NCBI GenBank assembly: GCA_905480105.1
Contig: CAJQPC010000071.1
Location: 55,594-119,593 of the forward strand
DNA: 64,000 nucleotides
Direction: 5' to 3'
From: an uncultured bacterium
Lineage (GTDB): Bacteria > Myxococcota_A > UBA796 > CAJQPC01
The position numbers and the translations under genes are program-made. The number at the start of each line of letters is the position of its first letter. Position 1 is the first letter of the stretch. The notes beneath the pieces were generated by a model. That model did no database searches, had not been told where the DNA came from, and saw nothing but the letters and a program-made list of their open reading frames with translations. This document shows, in pieces, positions 37,577-46,997 of the stretch.

Positions 37577-38137
37577 TCAATCAGACACGGATTTCAGAAG
37601 GATGCGTGCTTGGGCCCCAGGGCTCGCCGCTCGCCAAACCCCTCCCAGCACAGCCACCCCATGCACGCCGGCTGCGCGCAACGCCGCCGCTCGCTCCGGG
37701 GTGATCCCGCCCAAAGCCAACACCGGGCCAAGCGCTCTTTGTGCCTGTGCCAAGCGCTCCACCCCCCATGTCTGTCGCAGGTCATCGGGCTTGGAGTGCG
37801 GTCTGAATGCCGGAGACAGAAAGACGAACTCTGCCCCCAGCTCAAAGGCCCGCCGACCCTGGGCAACGCTGTGACAGGACTGGGAGAAGGGCAGCCCCTG
37901 CGGCACCGCATCCCCGGTCGAGGCGAAGTGAACCCCCAATCCGAAGCGCCGGGCCAATTCCACCGCCCCAGGTGTTTTCAGGTGCAGACGCACCCGAGCG
38001 CCGGCTTGCATCAACGCACCCAGCCAGACCTGGACTGTGAACAAATCCAAGTCCGGCTCCCGGATCAGCACATCCCGAACACCGGCCTGAACGACGGCCA
38101 GCAGAGGATCCAGCTCCCCCCCGCTCAGAACAAGCAA
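37577..38137 (-). CDS. thiE: thiamine-phosphate synthase family protein
   Basis: 186 aa, TMP-TENI-like with a C-terminal LGGITPERAAALRAAGVHGVAVLGGVW. Lies 23 nt downstream of thiG. Confidence 0.65.
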   Translation of the reverse strand: MLVLSGGELDPLLAVVQAGVRDVLIREPDLDLFTVQVWLGALMQAGARVRLHLKTPGAVELARRFGLGVHFASTGDAVPQGLPFSQSCHSVAQGRRAFELGAEFVFLSPAFRPHSKPDDLRQTWGVERLAQAQRALGPVLALGGITPERAAALRAAGVHGVAVLGGVWRAASPGAQARILLKSVSD

Positions 38138-38160
38138 ACGGGGAACCCGGCTTGGGCCGC

Positions 38161-38925
38161 TCAGCGGATCAGTCCATCTTCCGGAGAGCTCGCCGAGGCA
38201 TAGAGCTTCCGGGGAATGCGACCGGCCCCAGCCGCCAAGTACCCCGCACGAACGGCCAGCTTGAAAGCCTGTGCCATTGCGACAGGATTTTCAGCCGACG
38301 CCACCGCGGTGTTCAGCAACACTGCGTCCGCTCCAAGCTCCATGGCGATGGCCGCATCCGACGCCGTTCCAATGCCTGCGTCCACAATCATCGGGCAGTT
38401 CACCAGCTCTCGGATGATGCGCAGGTTCTCCGGATTGCGCACGCCCAGACCCGACCCGATCGGAGACGCAAGGGGCATGACCGCTGCACAGCCTAAATCC
38501 TCTAATCGCTGGCAGAGCACAGGGTCCGCCTGAACATAGGGCAAGACCACAAAGCCCTCTTTGACCAAAACGCGGGCCGCTTCAAGGGTGCCTTCGGGGT
38601 CTGGGAACAAGGTCCGGGGACAGCCGATAACTTCGAGCTTGAGCAAGGGGGTACCCAGGAGCTCTCGCGCCAAACGCGCGGTGACGATTGCCTCTTCTGC
38701 GGTGTAGCAGCCGGCGGTGTTCGGAAGCAGGTGGACCGTCTCCCGGTCGATAAAGTCCATGATGGACTCCCCTTCACCAGCGTTCAGGTCCACTCTTCTG
38801 ATCGCCAACGTGACCAGCTGGGTTTCGCCGGCCTGGTGGCAGGCCTGCATGACGGGAAAGCTCGGGTACTTGCCGGTACCCAGGATCAGACGCTGTGACA
38901 GTTCCAGCTCGCCGAGTTTCAGCAC
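38161..38925 (-). CDS. thiG: thiazole synthase
   Basis: GTG 38925 is preceded by GGAGGG with a 4-nt spacer. ThiG blocks [30 protein letters not shown] and [13 protein letters not shown]. Confidence 0.9.
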   Translation of the reverse strand: MLKLGELELSQRLILGTGKYPSFPVMQACHQAGETQLVTLAIRRVDLNAGEGESIMDFIDRETVHLLPNTAGCYTAEEAIVTARLARELLGTPLLKLEVIGCPRTLFPDPEGTLEAARVLVKEGFVVLPYVQADPVLCQRLEDLGCAAVMPLASPIGSGLGVRNPENLRIIRELVNCPMIVDAGIGTASDAAIAMELGADAVLLNTAVASAENPVAMAQAFKLAVRAGYLAAGAGRIPRKLYASASSPEDGLIR

Positions 38926-39023
38926 GCAACCCTCCGGGGCTCCCTCACTAACCGATGCCTTGACAGGGCGGACCCGACCGATAGAGGTTCCGCGCCAAAG
39001 CACTCTTGTACACGGATACCCCC

Positions 39024-39497
39024 ATGCTGAATCGCATCATGCGTCGCCTCGACCAGGCCCTGCCCGCAACAACCGTCCACGCTCACTGTGATGGCCCCTG
39101 TGGTGTTTACGACCCCGCAAGCGCACGCATCGCAGCCGAGGCTGTGCTCTCCATGACCAAGAAGCTGCTGGCACTGGAAGTCCCCGACTCCAGCGACAAG
39201 GCTGCCGTGGTCAAGTACCACAACACTTTCGCCCGCTTCGTGGCCATCAAAGAAGAGCAGGCCACCGCCGCCAAGAAGGAGATCCTCATCCTTTGGACGG
39301 ACTACTTCAAGCCACACCACCTGGAAGCGCACCCCGAGATCCACGATCTGATCTGGAAGGCCACCAAGGAGATCTCCTACGCCAAGGTCGAGTGCAGCCT
39401 GCACCACTCTGAGAACGTGATGAACTACGTCAAGCAGATCCACGAGCTCTTCTGGAAGACCAAGAACCGCGACATCGCCTGGTACACCGCCAGCTGA
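39024..39497 (+). CDS. sodN: nickel superoxide dismutase precursor
   Basis: The Ni-hook [11 protein letters not shown] follows a short propeptide (...TTVHA|HCDG). The start could be 39006, 39024 or 39039. Confidence 0.9.
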   Translation: MLNRIMRRLDQALPATTVHAHCDGPCGVYDPASARIAAEAVLSMTKKLLALEVPDSSDKAAVVKYHNTFARFVAIKEEQATAAKKEILILWTDYFKPHHLEAHPEIHDLIWKATKEISYAKVECSLHHSENVMNYVKQIHELFWKTKNRDIAWYTAS

Positions 39498-39510
39498 GTC
39501 AGGTTCCTCG

Positions 39511-39855
39511 GTGAACCATCCCAAGGTGCCGACTCGCGAGGGTCGGCACTTTGTGCTTTGGCTCCTCAGGCGCCTGAAGCGAGTGCGCGTCCAGGGTTCT
39601 TCTATGGAGCCCACACTGCAAGCTGGCCAGACCGTGCTCATGGAAGCTTGGCGGCGCGTGCCACAGCCTGGTGATCTGGCAGTAGCCGAGCATCCAGGCC
39701 GCCCCGGCTTTTTGCTGATCAAGCGAGTGAGTCACCAAGTTCCCGGTGGTTGGATCCTACTTGGAGACAACCCCACCCAGAGCAGCGACAGCCGCAGCCT
39801 GGGCCCCTTCCCAAACGAGCGGCTGATCGGCCGCGTGGTGTGCACCTTCCTGTGA
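39511..39855 (+). CDS. sodX: S26-family Ni-SOD maturation peptidase
   Basis: Signal-peptidase-like GSSMEPTL (catalytic Ser) and LIKRV...GDN...S.DSR blocks. Immediately downstream of sodN. Confidence 0.8.
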   Translation: MNHPKVPTREGRHFVLWLLRRLKRVRVQGSSMEPTLQAGQTVLMEAWRRVPQPGDLAVAEHPGRPGFLLIKRVSHQVPGGWILLGDNPTQSSDSRSLGPFPNERLIGRVVCTFL

Positions 39856-39865
39856 ACGGCACCCG

Positions 39866-40537
39866 ATGACCATGGCCCTCTTAGATCCCGCTCGGGCGCC
39901 TCTGCTGGCTGCCGCGCTCTCCGTGGCTCTCCTGCACACGGTGGTTGGTGTGGACCACTACCTTCCCTTCGTCGTCCTGGGTCGTGCCAGGAAGTGGTCT
40001 CTGGCCAAGGTGCTGGGGATCACCGCTGCTTGCGGTACCGGACACGTGATCGGCAGCATCGGACTCGGCTTTGTCGGCATCGCTTTGGGGACGGCCTTGG
40101 GGATGATGGAGTGGATCGAGTCCGTTCGCGGCTCGCTGGCGGCCTGGGGATTGATCCTCTTTGGGCTCGGCTACATGGCTTGGTCCGCAAAAAGGCTCTG
40201 CCAAGCTACCGAACACGGCCTTGGCGAGGGCCATGACCAGGGCAGCAAAGCTGGATCCTTGAGCTTCTGGAGCCTCTTCGTGGTTTTTGCACTGGGCCCC
40301 TGTGAGCCCTTGATTCCAGTGCTCATGGTGCCTGCATTTGATCAAGACTGGTGGCTGGTGGCGCAGGTGGCTGGACTCTTCGCCGTGAGCACCATCGGCA
40401 CAATGCTCATCATGGCCACCCTCGGCACCCTCGGTTTGCGGCTCGCCCCCCTCAAATCCGTTGAGCGCTACGGCAATCTAGCGGCCGGATTTGCCATCTT
40501 GCTAAGCGGCTTGGCGATCCAGTTCCTCGGAATCTGA
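39866..40537 (+). CDS. integral membrane protein, putative nickel/metal transporter
   Basis: 223 aa, mostly hydrophobic helices. His/Asp-rich motifs LLHTVVGVDHYLPF and ACGTGHVIGS. The functional link to sodN-sodX is inferred from adjacency only. Confidence 0.45.
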   Translation: MTMALLDPARAPLLAAALSVALLHTVVGVDHYLPFVVLGRARKWSLAKVLGITAACGTGHVIGSIGLGFVGIALGTALGMMEWIESVRGSLAAWGLILFGLGYMAWSAKRLCQATEHGLGEGHDQGSKAGSLSFWSLFVVFALGPCEPLIPVLMVPAFDQDWWLVAQVAGLFAVSTIGTMLIMATLGTLGLRLAPLKSVERYGNLAAGFAILLSGLAIQFLGI

Positions 40538-40617
40538 CACCGCATTGAGAGGGGCCTTCCAGCGCCTTGCCGGGTTAGGGCCGCATTACTTACACTTACC
40601 TATTCTTGGAGACCCAA

Positions 40618-41598
40618 ATGAACGCTCCCATCAAGGTGGCCGTCACCGGCGCCGCTGGCAACATCGGCTACGCCCTGCTCTTCCGTCTGGCTTGTGGCTC
40701 CTGCTACGGCCCAAACCAGCCCATCATCCTCCAACTGCTCGAGATTCCTCCCGGAATGAAAGCCCTTGAAGGCGTGGTCATGGAGCTGATGGACGGCGCC
40801 TTTCCCTTGGTGCACGGCATTGAGATCACCGACCAGGCCGACGTGGCTTTTGACGGCGTGAACAACGCATTCTTGGTTGGCGCTCGCCCCCGCGGTCCCG
40901 GCATGGTGCGCGCTGACTTGGTCGCTGCCAACGGTCCCATCTTCGTGGGACAGGGCAAAGCCCTACAAAAGGCCGCCAGCGACCTTCAGGCACTCGTCGT
41001 CGGCAATCCTGCCAACACCAACGCCTTGATCGCCCTGCACAACGCAGGCGATTTGCCCAAGGACCGCATCCACGCCATGACCCGCCTGGATGAGAACCGT
41101 GCCAAGAGCCAGATCGCCTCCAAGCTGGGCGTGACCCCTGGCCAAGTGACCAACATGGCCATCTACGGCAACCACTCCCCCAGCATGTTCCCCGACTTCG
41201 CCCACGCCCGCGTCGACGGAAAGCTGGCCACCGAGCAGATCGACCAAGAGTGGTTCGAGGGCCACTTCATGAGCACCGTTCCCACCCGTGGCAAGGCCAT
41301 CATCACGGCCCGCGGCGCTAGCTCCGCCGCTTCCGCCGCCTCTGCCGCTGTGGACCACATGAGCACCCTCTGGAACGGTACCGCCCCTGGCGAGATCGCA
41401 TCCATCGGCCTGTACAGCGACGGCAGCAACTACGGCGTCCCTGCCGACATCGTCTATTCGGTTCCCTGCACCGTGAAGGACCGCAAGGTCACCCCCGTCA
41501 CCGACATTGAGCACAGCGACTGGGCCAAGGGCAAGATCCAAGCTTCCGTCGACGACCTGTTGGGCGAGCGTGCTGCTGTGAGCGAGCTCTTGGGTTAA
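40618..41598 (+). CDS. mdh: malate dehydrogenase
   Basis: GGAG (40608-40611) lies 6 nt upstream of ATG 40618. Motifs are [30 protein letters not shown] and [10 protein letters not shown]. Confidence 0.9.
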   Translation: MNAPIKVAVTGAAGNIGYALLFRLACGSCYGPNQPIILQLLEIPPGMKALEGVVMELMDGAFPLVHGIEITDQADVAFDGVNNAFLVGARPRGPGMVRADLVAANGPIFVGQGKALQKAASDLQALVVGNPANTNALIALHNAGDLPKDRIHAMTRLDENRAKSQIASKLGVTPGQVTNMAIYGNHSPSMFPDFAHARVDGKLATEQIDQEWFEGHFMSTVPTRGKAIITARGASSAASAASAAVDHMSTLWNGTAPGEIASIGLYSDGSNYGVPADIVYSVPCTVKDRKVTPVTDIEHSDWAKGKIQASVDDLLGERAAVSELLG

Positions 41599-41626
41599 AT
41601 CAGCCCTTTCTTTGTGCTTACAACAC

Positions 41627-41691
41627 CCTATCCGGGTGGGGTCTACGCGCCCCACTCCGGATAGGATCTGCGAGATCTTTGTCGCAGATCC
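41627..41691 (+). terminator. two overlapping stem-loops downstream of mdh (terminator-like, no U-tract)
   Basis: Hairpin 1 (41627-41665): CCTATCCGGGTGGGG / CCCCAC(T)CCGGATAGG, 15 bp with one bulge. Hairpin 2 (41664-41691): GGATCTGCGA / TCGCAGATCC, 10 bp. Confidence 0.4.
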
Positions 41692-41820
41692 ACCGGCCGC
41701 AATGGTCGACCCATGCAGATGACCACCACAAGCGGCACAGAAGCCCTTGACATGAGACCCGGCATGGTTTTTGCTTAGGCAACGCACACAGAGCGTAGCA
41801 ACGCTCCGGAGGCCCTAAAA

Positions 41821-43368
41821 ATGATTACCGCCTTGACCCTGTTTGCAGGGCTCACAGCTTGCAACGAGTATGAGCTAAAAGCTGAGACGGACGGCTACGG
41901 AGCCGGCGACCCTCAGATCGCACTGGCACCCGAAGTCCTTAACTTCGGCGAACTGGCCCGCGGCGAAACCTCCGTGCTGGAATTCGAGGTCACCAACGTC
42001 GGTGGTGGCGAGCTGCTGGTCTCCGATATCGAGCTCGGCGCAGGAAACGATGGCTTTACCATCCTGAACGACGACCTGGAGTTCGTGCTGCCCGCTGGCG
42101 CATCCGAGGCCATTCAGGTGGAGTTCACGCCCTTCGGCGTAGAGCAAGAGACCCTGGCCATCGTCTCGAGCAACGACGAGCTGGTCCCCAAGGCCACGGT
42201 CGATCTGCTGGGCGGCGGCTTGGTCCCCGAGCTGGAGATCAACCCGAACCCTTACGACTTTGGCAAGACCTACGTGGGCTGCGAGCAAGAGGCCAACCTG
42301 AGCTTGACCAACGTCGGCACCGACAGCCTGGACATCACCAGCATCGATGACTTTGGCACCACTGACTTTGGCCTGAGCCACAGCCTGTCTCTGCCCATGA
42401 CCTTGGCTCCAGGCGACAGCACCCAGCTCAGCATCTACTTCGACCCGAACGACGAGTCCGCCTACACCGGCGAGTTCGTGGTCAACAACACCGGTCCCCG
42501 CGCGAGCCTGGTTGGCATCGCAGAGGGCGAAGGCAAGTTCACAGCCGAGTACAAGGAGAAGTGGACCGTCCCCTTCGACCCACCCACGGACATTATGTTC
42601 CTGGTGGACAACTCCTGTTCCATGGACGACGACCAGGCCCGCCTGGCCAACAACTTTAGCTACTTCATCCAGAACTTGGACAGCTACACCAACGACTGGC
42701 ACGTCATCGTGATTGGCGACGATGACGGCTGCAAGGACCAAGCCGCAGGTATCCTTAAGTCCACCACCACCGGCTACGAGTCCAAGTTCTCCGCCGCCGT
42801 CAAAAGGGGCACCGGCTCCTGGTTGACCGAGGCGCTGCTTACCCCAGCCGCCCTGGCCACAGAATTGGCTGCAGGGGGCGGCGGCTGCAACGCCAGCTTC
42901 ATGCGTGATGGTGCTCTCCTGCACGTCATCATGGTCAGCGACGAGCCCGAGCAGAGCTCTGCCGCATGGGGCAGCTACGTCAACCGGATCCAGGCGGCCA
43001 AGGGATCTGCATCCCTGGTCAAGCTCTCCGCCATCGTGGGCGACTACCCAGGAGGCTGTGGCAGCGCGGACCCAGGTACCGGCTACTACGACGCTGTGAA
43101 CTACACCGGTGGTGAGTTCCTCAGCATCTGTGCCAGCTCCTGGACAAGCTACATGAGCGCCCTGGCCAAGGCTTCCATCTCCGTGGACACCTACGAGCTG
43201 CAAGCCACCCCAGTGGAGAGCACCATCGTCGTGCTCGTCAACGACGTAGAGGTCACCACTGGCTGGTACTACAACGTCGACGCCAACACCGTGGTCTTCG
43301 AGGTCGACATCCCAGAAGGCGGCGATGTGGTCAAGGTGAGCTACGCCGGCAAGGCCAACTGCGACTGA
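41821..43368 (+). CDS. choice-of-anchor-D-like repeats plus vWA domain lipoprotein
   Basis: Lipobox FAGLTAC. Two or three Ig-like units of the type LNFGELARGETSVLEFEVTNVGGGELLV. MIDAS-like motif FLVDNSCSMDDD. Confidence 0.7.
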   Translation: MITALTLFAGLTACNEYELKAETDGYGAGDPQIALAPEVLNFGELARGETSVLEFEVTNVGGGELLVSDIELGAGNDGFTILNDDLEFVLPAGASEAIQVEFTPFGVEQETLAIVSSNDELVPKATVDLLGGGLVPELEINPNPYDFGKTYVGCEQEANLSLTNVGTDSLDITSIDDFGTTDFGLSHSLSLPMTLAPGDSTQLSIYFDPNDESAYTGEFVVNNTGPRASLVGIAEGEGKFTAEYKEKWTVPFDPPTDIMFLVDNSCSMDDDQARLANNFSYFIQNLDSYTNDWHVIVIGDDDGCKDQAAGILKSTTTGYESKFSAAVKRGTGSWLTEALLTPAALATELAAGGGGCNASFMRDGALLHVIMVSDEPEQSSAAWGSYVNRIQAAKGSASLVKLSAIVGDYPGGCGSADPGTGYYDAVNYTGGEFLSICASSWTSYMSALAKASISVDTYELQATPVESTIVVLVNDVEVTTGWYYNVDANTVVFEVDIPEGGDVVKVSYAGKANCD

Positions 43369-43389
43369 GTCTCAGCGAGACCCAAAAAG

Positions 43390-43418
43390 AACCCCCGTCG
43401 GCACTGCCGACGGGGGTT
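43390..43418. terminator. bidirectional intrinsic terminator
   Basis: Perfect 13-bp stem AACCCCCGTCGGC-act-GCCGACGGGGGTT, flanked by AAAAAG on the left and CTTTGCTCT on the right. It lies between convergent genes. Confidence 0.75.
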
Positions 43419-43449
43419 CTTTGCTCTGTCAGTTCCGCTTTTGGGAAGC

Positions 43450-44457
43450 TCAACCCACGATTTGCTGGAAGACCTGGACCGCGCGAGCAATGCCTGCGTC
43501 GTCCACATCCAGGTGGGTAACCAAGCGGATGGCGTCGTCGCTCAGGGCAAAACACAGCACCCCAGCAGCGTTCAGGGCCTCTGCAGCCGCCTCGGCACCC
43601 GCAATTTTCACGTAGACCATGTTGGTCTCTACCGGGCGGGTGCCCAGCCCAAGAGCGTTTAGCCCTGCGGCCAGATCTTGAGCGCGGCGGTGATCCTCGG
43701 CCAGGCGCTCCACGTGGTGCATCAAGGCGTAGCGGCCGGCGGCCGCGATGAAACCCGCCTGGCGCATGCCGCCGCCCAGCATCTTGCGCACTTTGCGGGC
43801 GCGAAAAATCATGTCCCTGGGCCCGGCAAGAATGCTGCCCACTGGAGCGCCCAGCCCCTTGCTCAGGCAGATGGAAACACTGTCCACGGGAGCCACAATC
43901 TCGGCCAAGCTCTTTCCACTGGCGACCACCGCATTCATGACGCGGGCACCATCCATGTGCACACGCAGGCCTTGCTCGCGGCACCCTTCTCCGATGCGCT
44001 CGAGCACCGAGAGTGGATAGACCGTGCCACCGCCCCTGTTGGCCGTGTTTTCCACCAAGACCAGAGCGGCCTGGGCAAAGTGGATGTTGTAAGGCCGAAC
44101 CGCGGCGAAGAGGGTCTCAGGGTCCAACAGCCCGCGCTCCCCTTGCACCAAGCGGGTCTGCACCCCGCTGATCACCGCCGCCCCGCCCGCCTCGTAGTGG
44201 TAGGGATGGGCGTCCGACTCCAGAATGATCTCGTCTCCAGGCTGGGTCCAACAGCGGATGGCGATCTGGTTGGCCATGGTTCCCGAGGGCGTAAAGAGCG
44301 CGGCCTCCATGCCGGTCAACTCAGCAGCTTCGGCTTCCAATGCGTTGCAGTTGGGGTCGTCTCCCAGCACATCATCGCCTACCTCGGCCGTGAACATGGC
44401 CTGCAGCATCTGCGGAGTGGGACGGGTGACGGTGTCAGAGCGTAGATCAACGGTCAT
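43450..44457 (-). CDS. ltaE: low-specificity L-threonine aldolase
   Basis: ATG 44457 (ATGA overlap with the gpmI stop) gives MTVDLRSDTVTRPT, GDDVLGDDP, SGTMANQ and the Lys region of a PLP enzyme. Confidence 0.85.
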   Translation of the reverse strand: MTVDLRSDTVTRPTPQMLQAMFTAEVGDDVLGDDPNCNALEAEAAELTGMEAALFTPSGTMANQIAIRCWTQPGDEIILESDAHPYHYEAGGAAVISGVQTRLVQGERGLLDPETLFAAVRPYNIHFAQAALVLVENTANRGGGTVYPLSVLERIGEGCREQGLRVHMDGARVMNAVVASGKSLAEIVAPVDSVSICLSKGLGAPVGSILAGPRDMIFRARKVRKMLGGGMRQAGFIAAAGRYALMHHVERLAEDHRRAQDLAAGLNALGLGTRPVETNMVYVKIAGAEAAAEALNAAGVLCFALSDDAIRLVTHLDVDDAGIARAVQVFQQIVG

Positions 44458-46118
44458 GAGCGAACCTGGAGCAAGGAGGGGAGGTAGTCGGTCGGGGGCG
44501 TCAGGCCACACAGGAGCAGCAGAGTCGCCGAGACGTTGGCCAGTCCCGGCTCTGGGGTCTCGGAGAGCGTCCAGCGGGCGTGTGGGTCCACCACGGCGAA
44601 GGGAACGGGTGCCAAGGTGTGGCTGGTCTTGGGCTGGATGCTGTCCCCATCCATCTTGGGCTGGTTCTGCTTGTCCCGCATCCACATGTCGTCGGCGTTG
44701 CCGTGGTCCGCGGTGACCAGGAGCACGCCACCCGCCTTTACGACAGCCGCCTCCAGCTCAGCCACGCAGGAATCCACGACCTCCATCGCGGTGATGGTGG
44801 CCGCCAGATCGCCGCTGTGGCCCACCATGTCGCCGTTGGCGATGTTCAGCCGTACGTGATCCCAGCTCCCTGAGTCAATGGCAGCAATGGCCGCTTGGGT
44901 GATCTCCTGTGCTTTCATGGCGGGGGCCTGCTCGAAGGGAATCACGTCCGAGGGAATCTCGACGTACGCCTCCAGGGCATCGTCCAACAGCCCACTGCGG
45001 TTTCCATTGAAGAAGAAGGTCACGTGGCCAAACTTCTGGGTCTCGGAGACCACAAAGCTGCGGCGGCCATTCGCAGCCAAGTACTGACCCACGGTCGCAT
45101 CGATGCTGGGAGGCTCGATCAGGTAGCGGGCCGGGATCTTTAGGTCCCCGTCGTACTGCATGATTCCGGCGAAGCGGAAGCTGGGGGCGTCGCCGCGGTC
45201 TACCGGGGTTTCCTGGCCTTGGGCGGTAGAAGAGAACTCCAGAGCCCGGTCCCCGCGAAAGTTGAACAAGAGCATGCCGTCCCCTTCCTGCACGGAGCCG
45301 ATGGGCTGAGCCCCTTCAGGACCGCCTTCCTCAATGACAAAAGCAGGCAGGTACTGGTCGTTGACCGTGGGGTCCTCTGCGTAAAGGGTCTCCACAGCTT
45401 GCGTGGCGTTCTCAAAGCCGCGCCCCTGGCCCAAAACATGGGTGTCCCAACCGCGCTGCACCATCGACCAGTCGGCCTGGTAGCGGTCCATGGTGAGGTT
45501 CATCCGGCCGCCGCCACTGGCGATGCGGTAGTCCCGGTTGATCTTCCCCAGCGCCTCTTCCAGGGTCTGGATGTAGCCCAAGACGCTGCGCGCGCTCACG
45601 TCCCGCCCGTCACTGAGAATGTGAATGCGAACCCGCTCGATGCCCTGGGCGTCGGCCTGCTGCAGGATGTGCAGCAGGTGGTTGATGTGGCTGTGCACCC
45701 CCCCGTCAGAGAGCAAGCCCAAGAGATGCAGGGTGCCGCTCTGGGTCAGCCACTCCCAGGTCTTCCCAAAGGCCGATCCGTCCTTGAAAGCGGCTGCAAC
45801 GAGCTTGGCACCCTGAGCAATGATTCTGCCGGCCCCCAAAGCATTGTGCCCCACCTCTGAGTTGCCCATGTCCCCGTCCGAGGGCAGCCCTACGGCCGTA
45901 CCGTGCGCCTTGAGCTGGGTGGACATGGCACCCGCGAAGAGCCGGTCCAAAGTGGGCGTGTGGGCTTGGTAGACCGCGTCCCCACCATCCTGCAGGCCCA
46001 GGCCCACGCCATCCAAGATGCAGAGGACCACTGGGCCATTGTTGGAGGCACCGCTCGGGGCACTGCCAGGAAAACCGCGGCCAGGGAAGCCGGGGACATC
46101 GGGGAGCTTGTAGTTCAT
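44454..46118 (-). CDS. gpmI: 2,3-bisphosphoglycerate-independent phosphoglycerate mutase
   Basis: 554 aa. iPGM blocks VVLCILDGVGLG, MGNSEVGHNALGAGR, VTADHGNADDM and NGDMVGHSG. Confidence 0.9.
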   Translation of the reverse strand: MNYKLPDVPGFPGRGFPGSAPSGASNNGPVVLCILDGVGLGLQDGGDAVYQAHTPTLDRLFAGAMSTQLKAHGTAVGLPSDGDMGNSEVGHNALGAGRIIAQGAKLVAAAFKDGSAFGKTWEWLTQSGTLHLLGLLSDGGVHSHINHLLHILQQADAQGIERVRIHILSDGRDVSARSVLGYIQTLEEALGKINRDYRIASGGGRMNLTMDRYQADWSMVQRGWDTHVLGQGRGFENATQAVETLYAEDPTVNDQYLPAFVIEEGGPEGAQPIGSVQEGDGMLLFNFRGDRALEFSSTAQGQETPVDRGDAPSFRFAGIMQYDGDLKIPARYLIEPPSIDATVGQYLAANGRRSFVVSETQKFGHVTFFFNGNRSGLLDDALEAYVEIPSDVIPFEQAPAMKAQEITQAAIAAIDSGSWDHVRLNIANGDMVGHSGDLAATITAMEVVDSCVAELEAAVVKAGGVLLVTADHGNADDMWMRDKQNQPKMDGDSIQPKTSHTLAPVPFAVVDPHARWTLSETPEPGLANVSATLLLLCGLTPPTDYLPSLLQVRS

Positions 46119-46158
46119 CTACACCCCCTATTCGGTATCCTTAAGCATCGGAGGTTCC

Positions 46159-46791
46159 ATGCTGTCCCTATTCGCCACTTTGCCCTTGATTGCGTGCACC
46201 CAAGCCCCACCCACCCTGAGCATGGTGGACCCAAAAGCCGGAGAGCCTGGAGAGCGGATCAAGGTGGTCGGTGCAGACTTTCAAGAAGGGGCCACGGCCA
46301 CTATGGGTGGTCAGGATCTCGCGGTCAAACGTCTGGGCGCGACCTTGCTCGAAGGAACTGTGCCTTTGCTTGAGGCAGGGGACCACACGGTGATTGTGGC
46401 CAACCCGGATGGACAGAACGCCAGCTCCCCCGGTGCGTTCACCATTGCTGCTCCCCCACAGGCGCTGAGCATCTGTGCCCAGGGGTACACCTCCTACACC
46501 CAGCTTGCTGCCGGCCGCAGCATCATCAAGATCGACATCCACCGCCCGGACACCGAAGAGATCGAGCAGCTGGAGATCAAGTTCCGGGATGTAGAGGGCG
46601 TGGAGTACCGGGCGGAGGTGCAGGGAGAGGCCCTATGCTCGGCCATCTTGCTCACCCTCAAAGACGGCCGCCGCATCGTGTACGAGGACTCCAAGGAGCT
46701 CAACTTCAAGAAGAAGGCCCAGGAGCTCGCCCAGATCGTCGGCGTGGGCATCGAGGTGACGGTGGACGAGGCCTTGCTGGATGAAGAGTGA
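46159..46791 (+). CDS. IPT/TIG domain lipoprotein
   Basis: Lipobox LPLIAC. IPT-like segment SMVDPKAGEPGERIKVVGADFQEGATATMGGQ. Confidence 0.65.
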   Translation: MLSLFATLPLIACTQAPPTLSMVDPKAGEPGERIKVVGADFQEGATATMGGQDLAVKRLGATLLEGTVPLLEAGDHTVIVANPDGQNASSPGAFTIAAPPQALSICAQGYTSYTQLAAGRSIIKIDIHRPDTEEIEQLEIKFRDVEGVEYRAEVQGEALCSAILLTLKDGRRIVYEDSKELNFKKKAQELAQIVGVGIEVTVDEALLDEE

Positions 46792-46997
46792 GCTGCCGTA
46801 TGTTGCGTGCGTTCGCGCGATCATGCCTGCGTGACCACGCAGAAACCAGCGCATGCTGCTCATGGAGACCTCGGGGATGGCGGGATTTCAAGCAAGGCGC
46901 CGCTTTTACACAGCTTTGGACTACGACCAAATCGCCCGCGAAACCGACTTCTTCTCCGACGGCGACGCCAAAGTCATCTTTGCCAAGCGCCTCTACG

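Noticed and set aside
38926-39023. A TPP (THI-box) riboswitch in the 98-nt leader of thiG. The minus strand reads GGGGUAUCCGUG...GCGGAACCUCUAUCGGUCGGGUCCGCC, vaguely like GGGGUGC...GAACCUGAUCUGG.
   Set aside because: It lacks the conserved CUGAGA box and the UAAU...GCG pyrophosphate-sensor arm. The region is barely long enough and overlaps the sodN promoter/start region.
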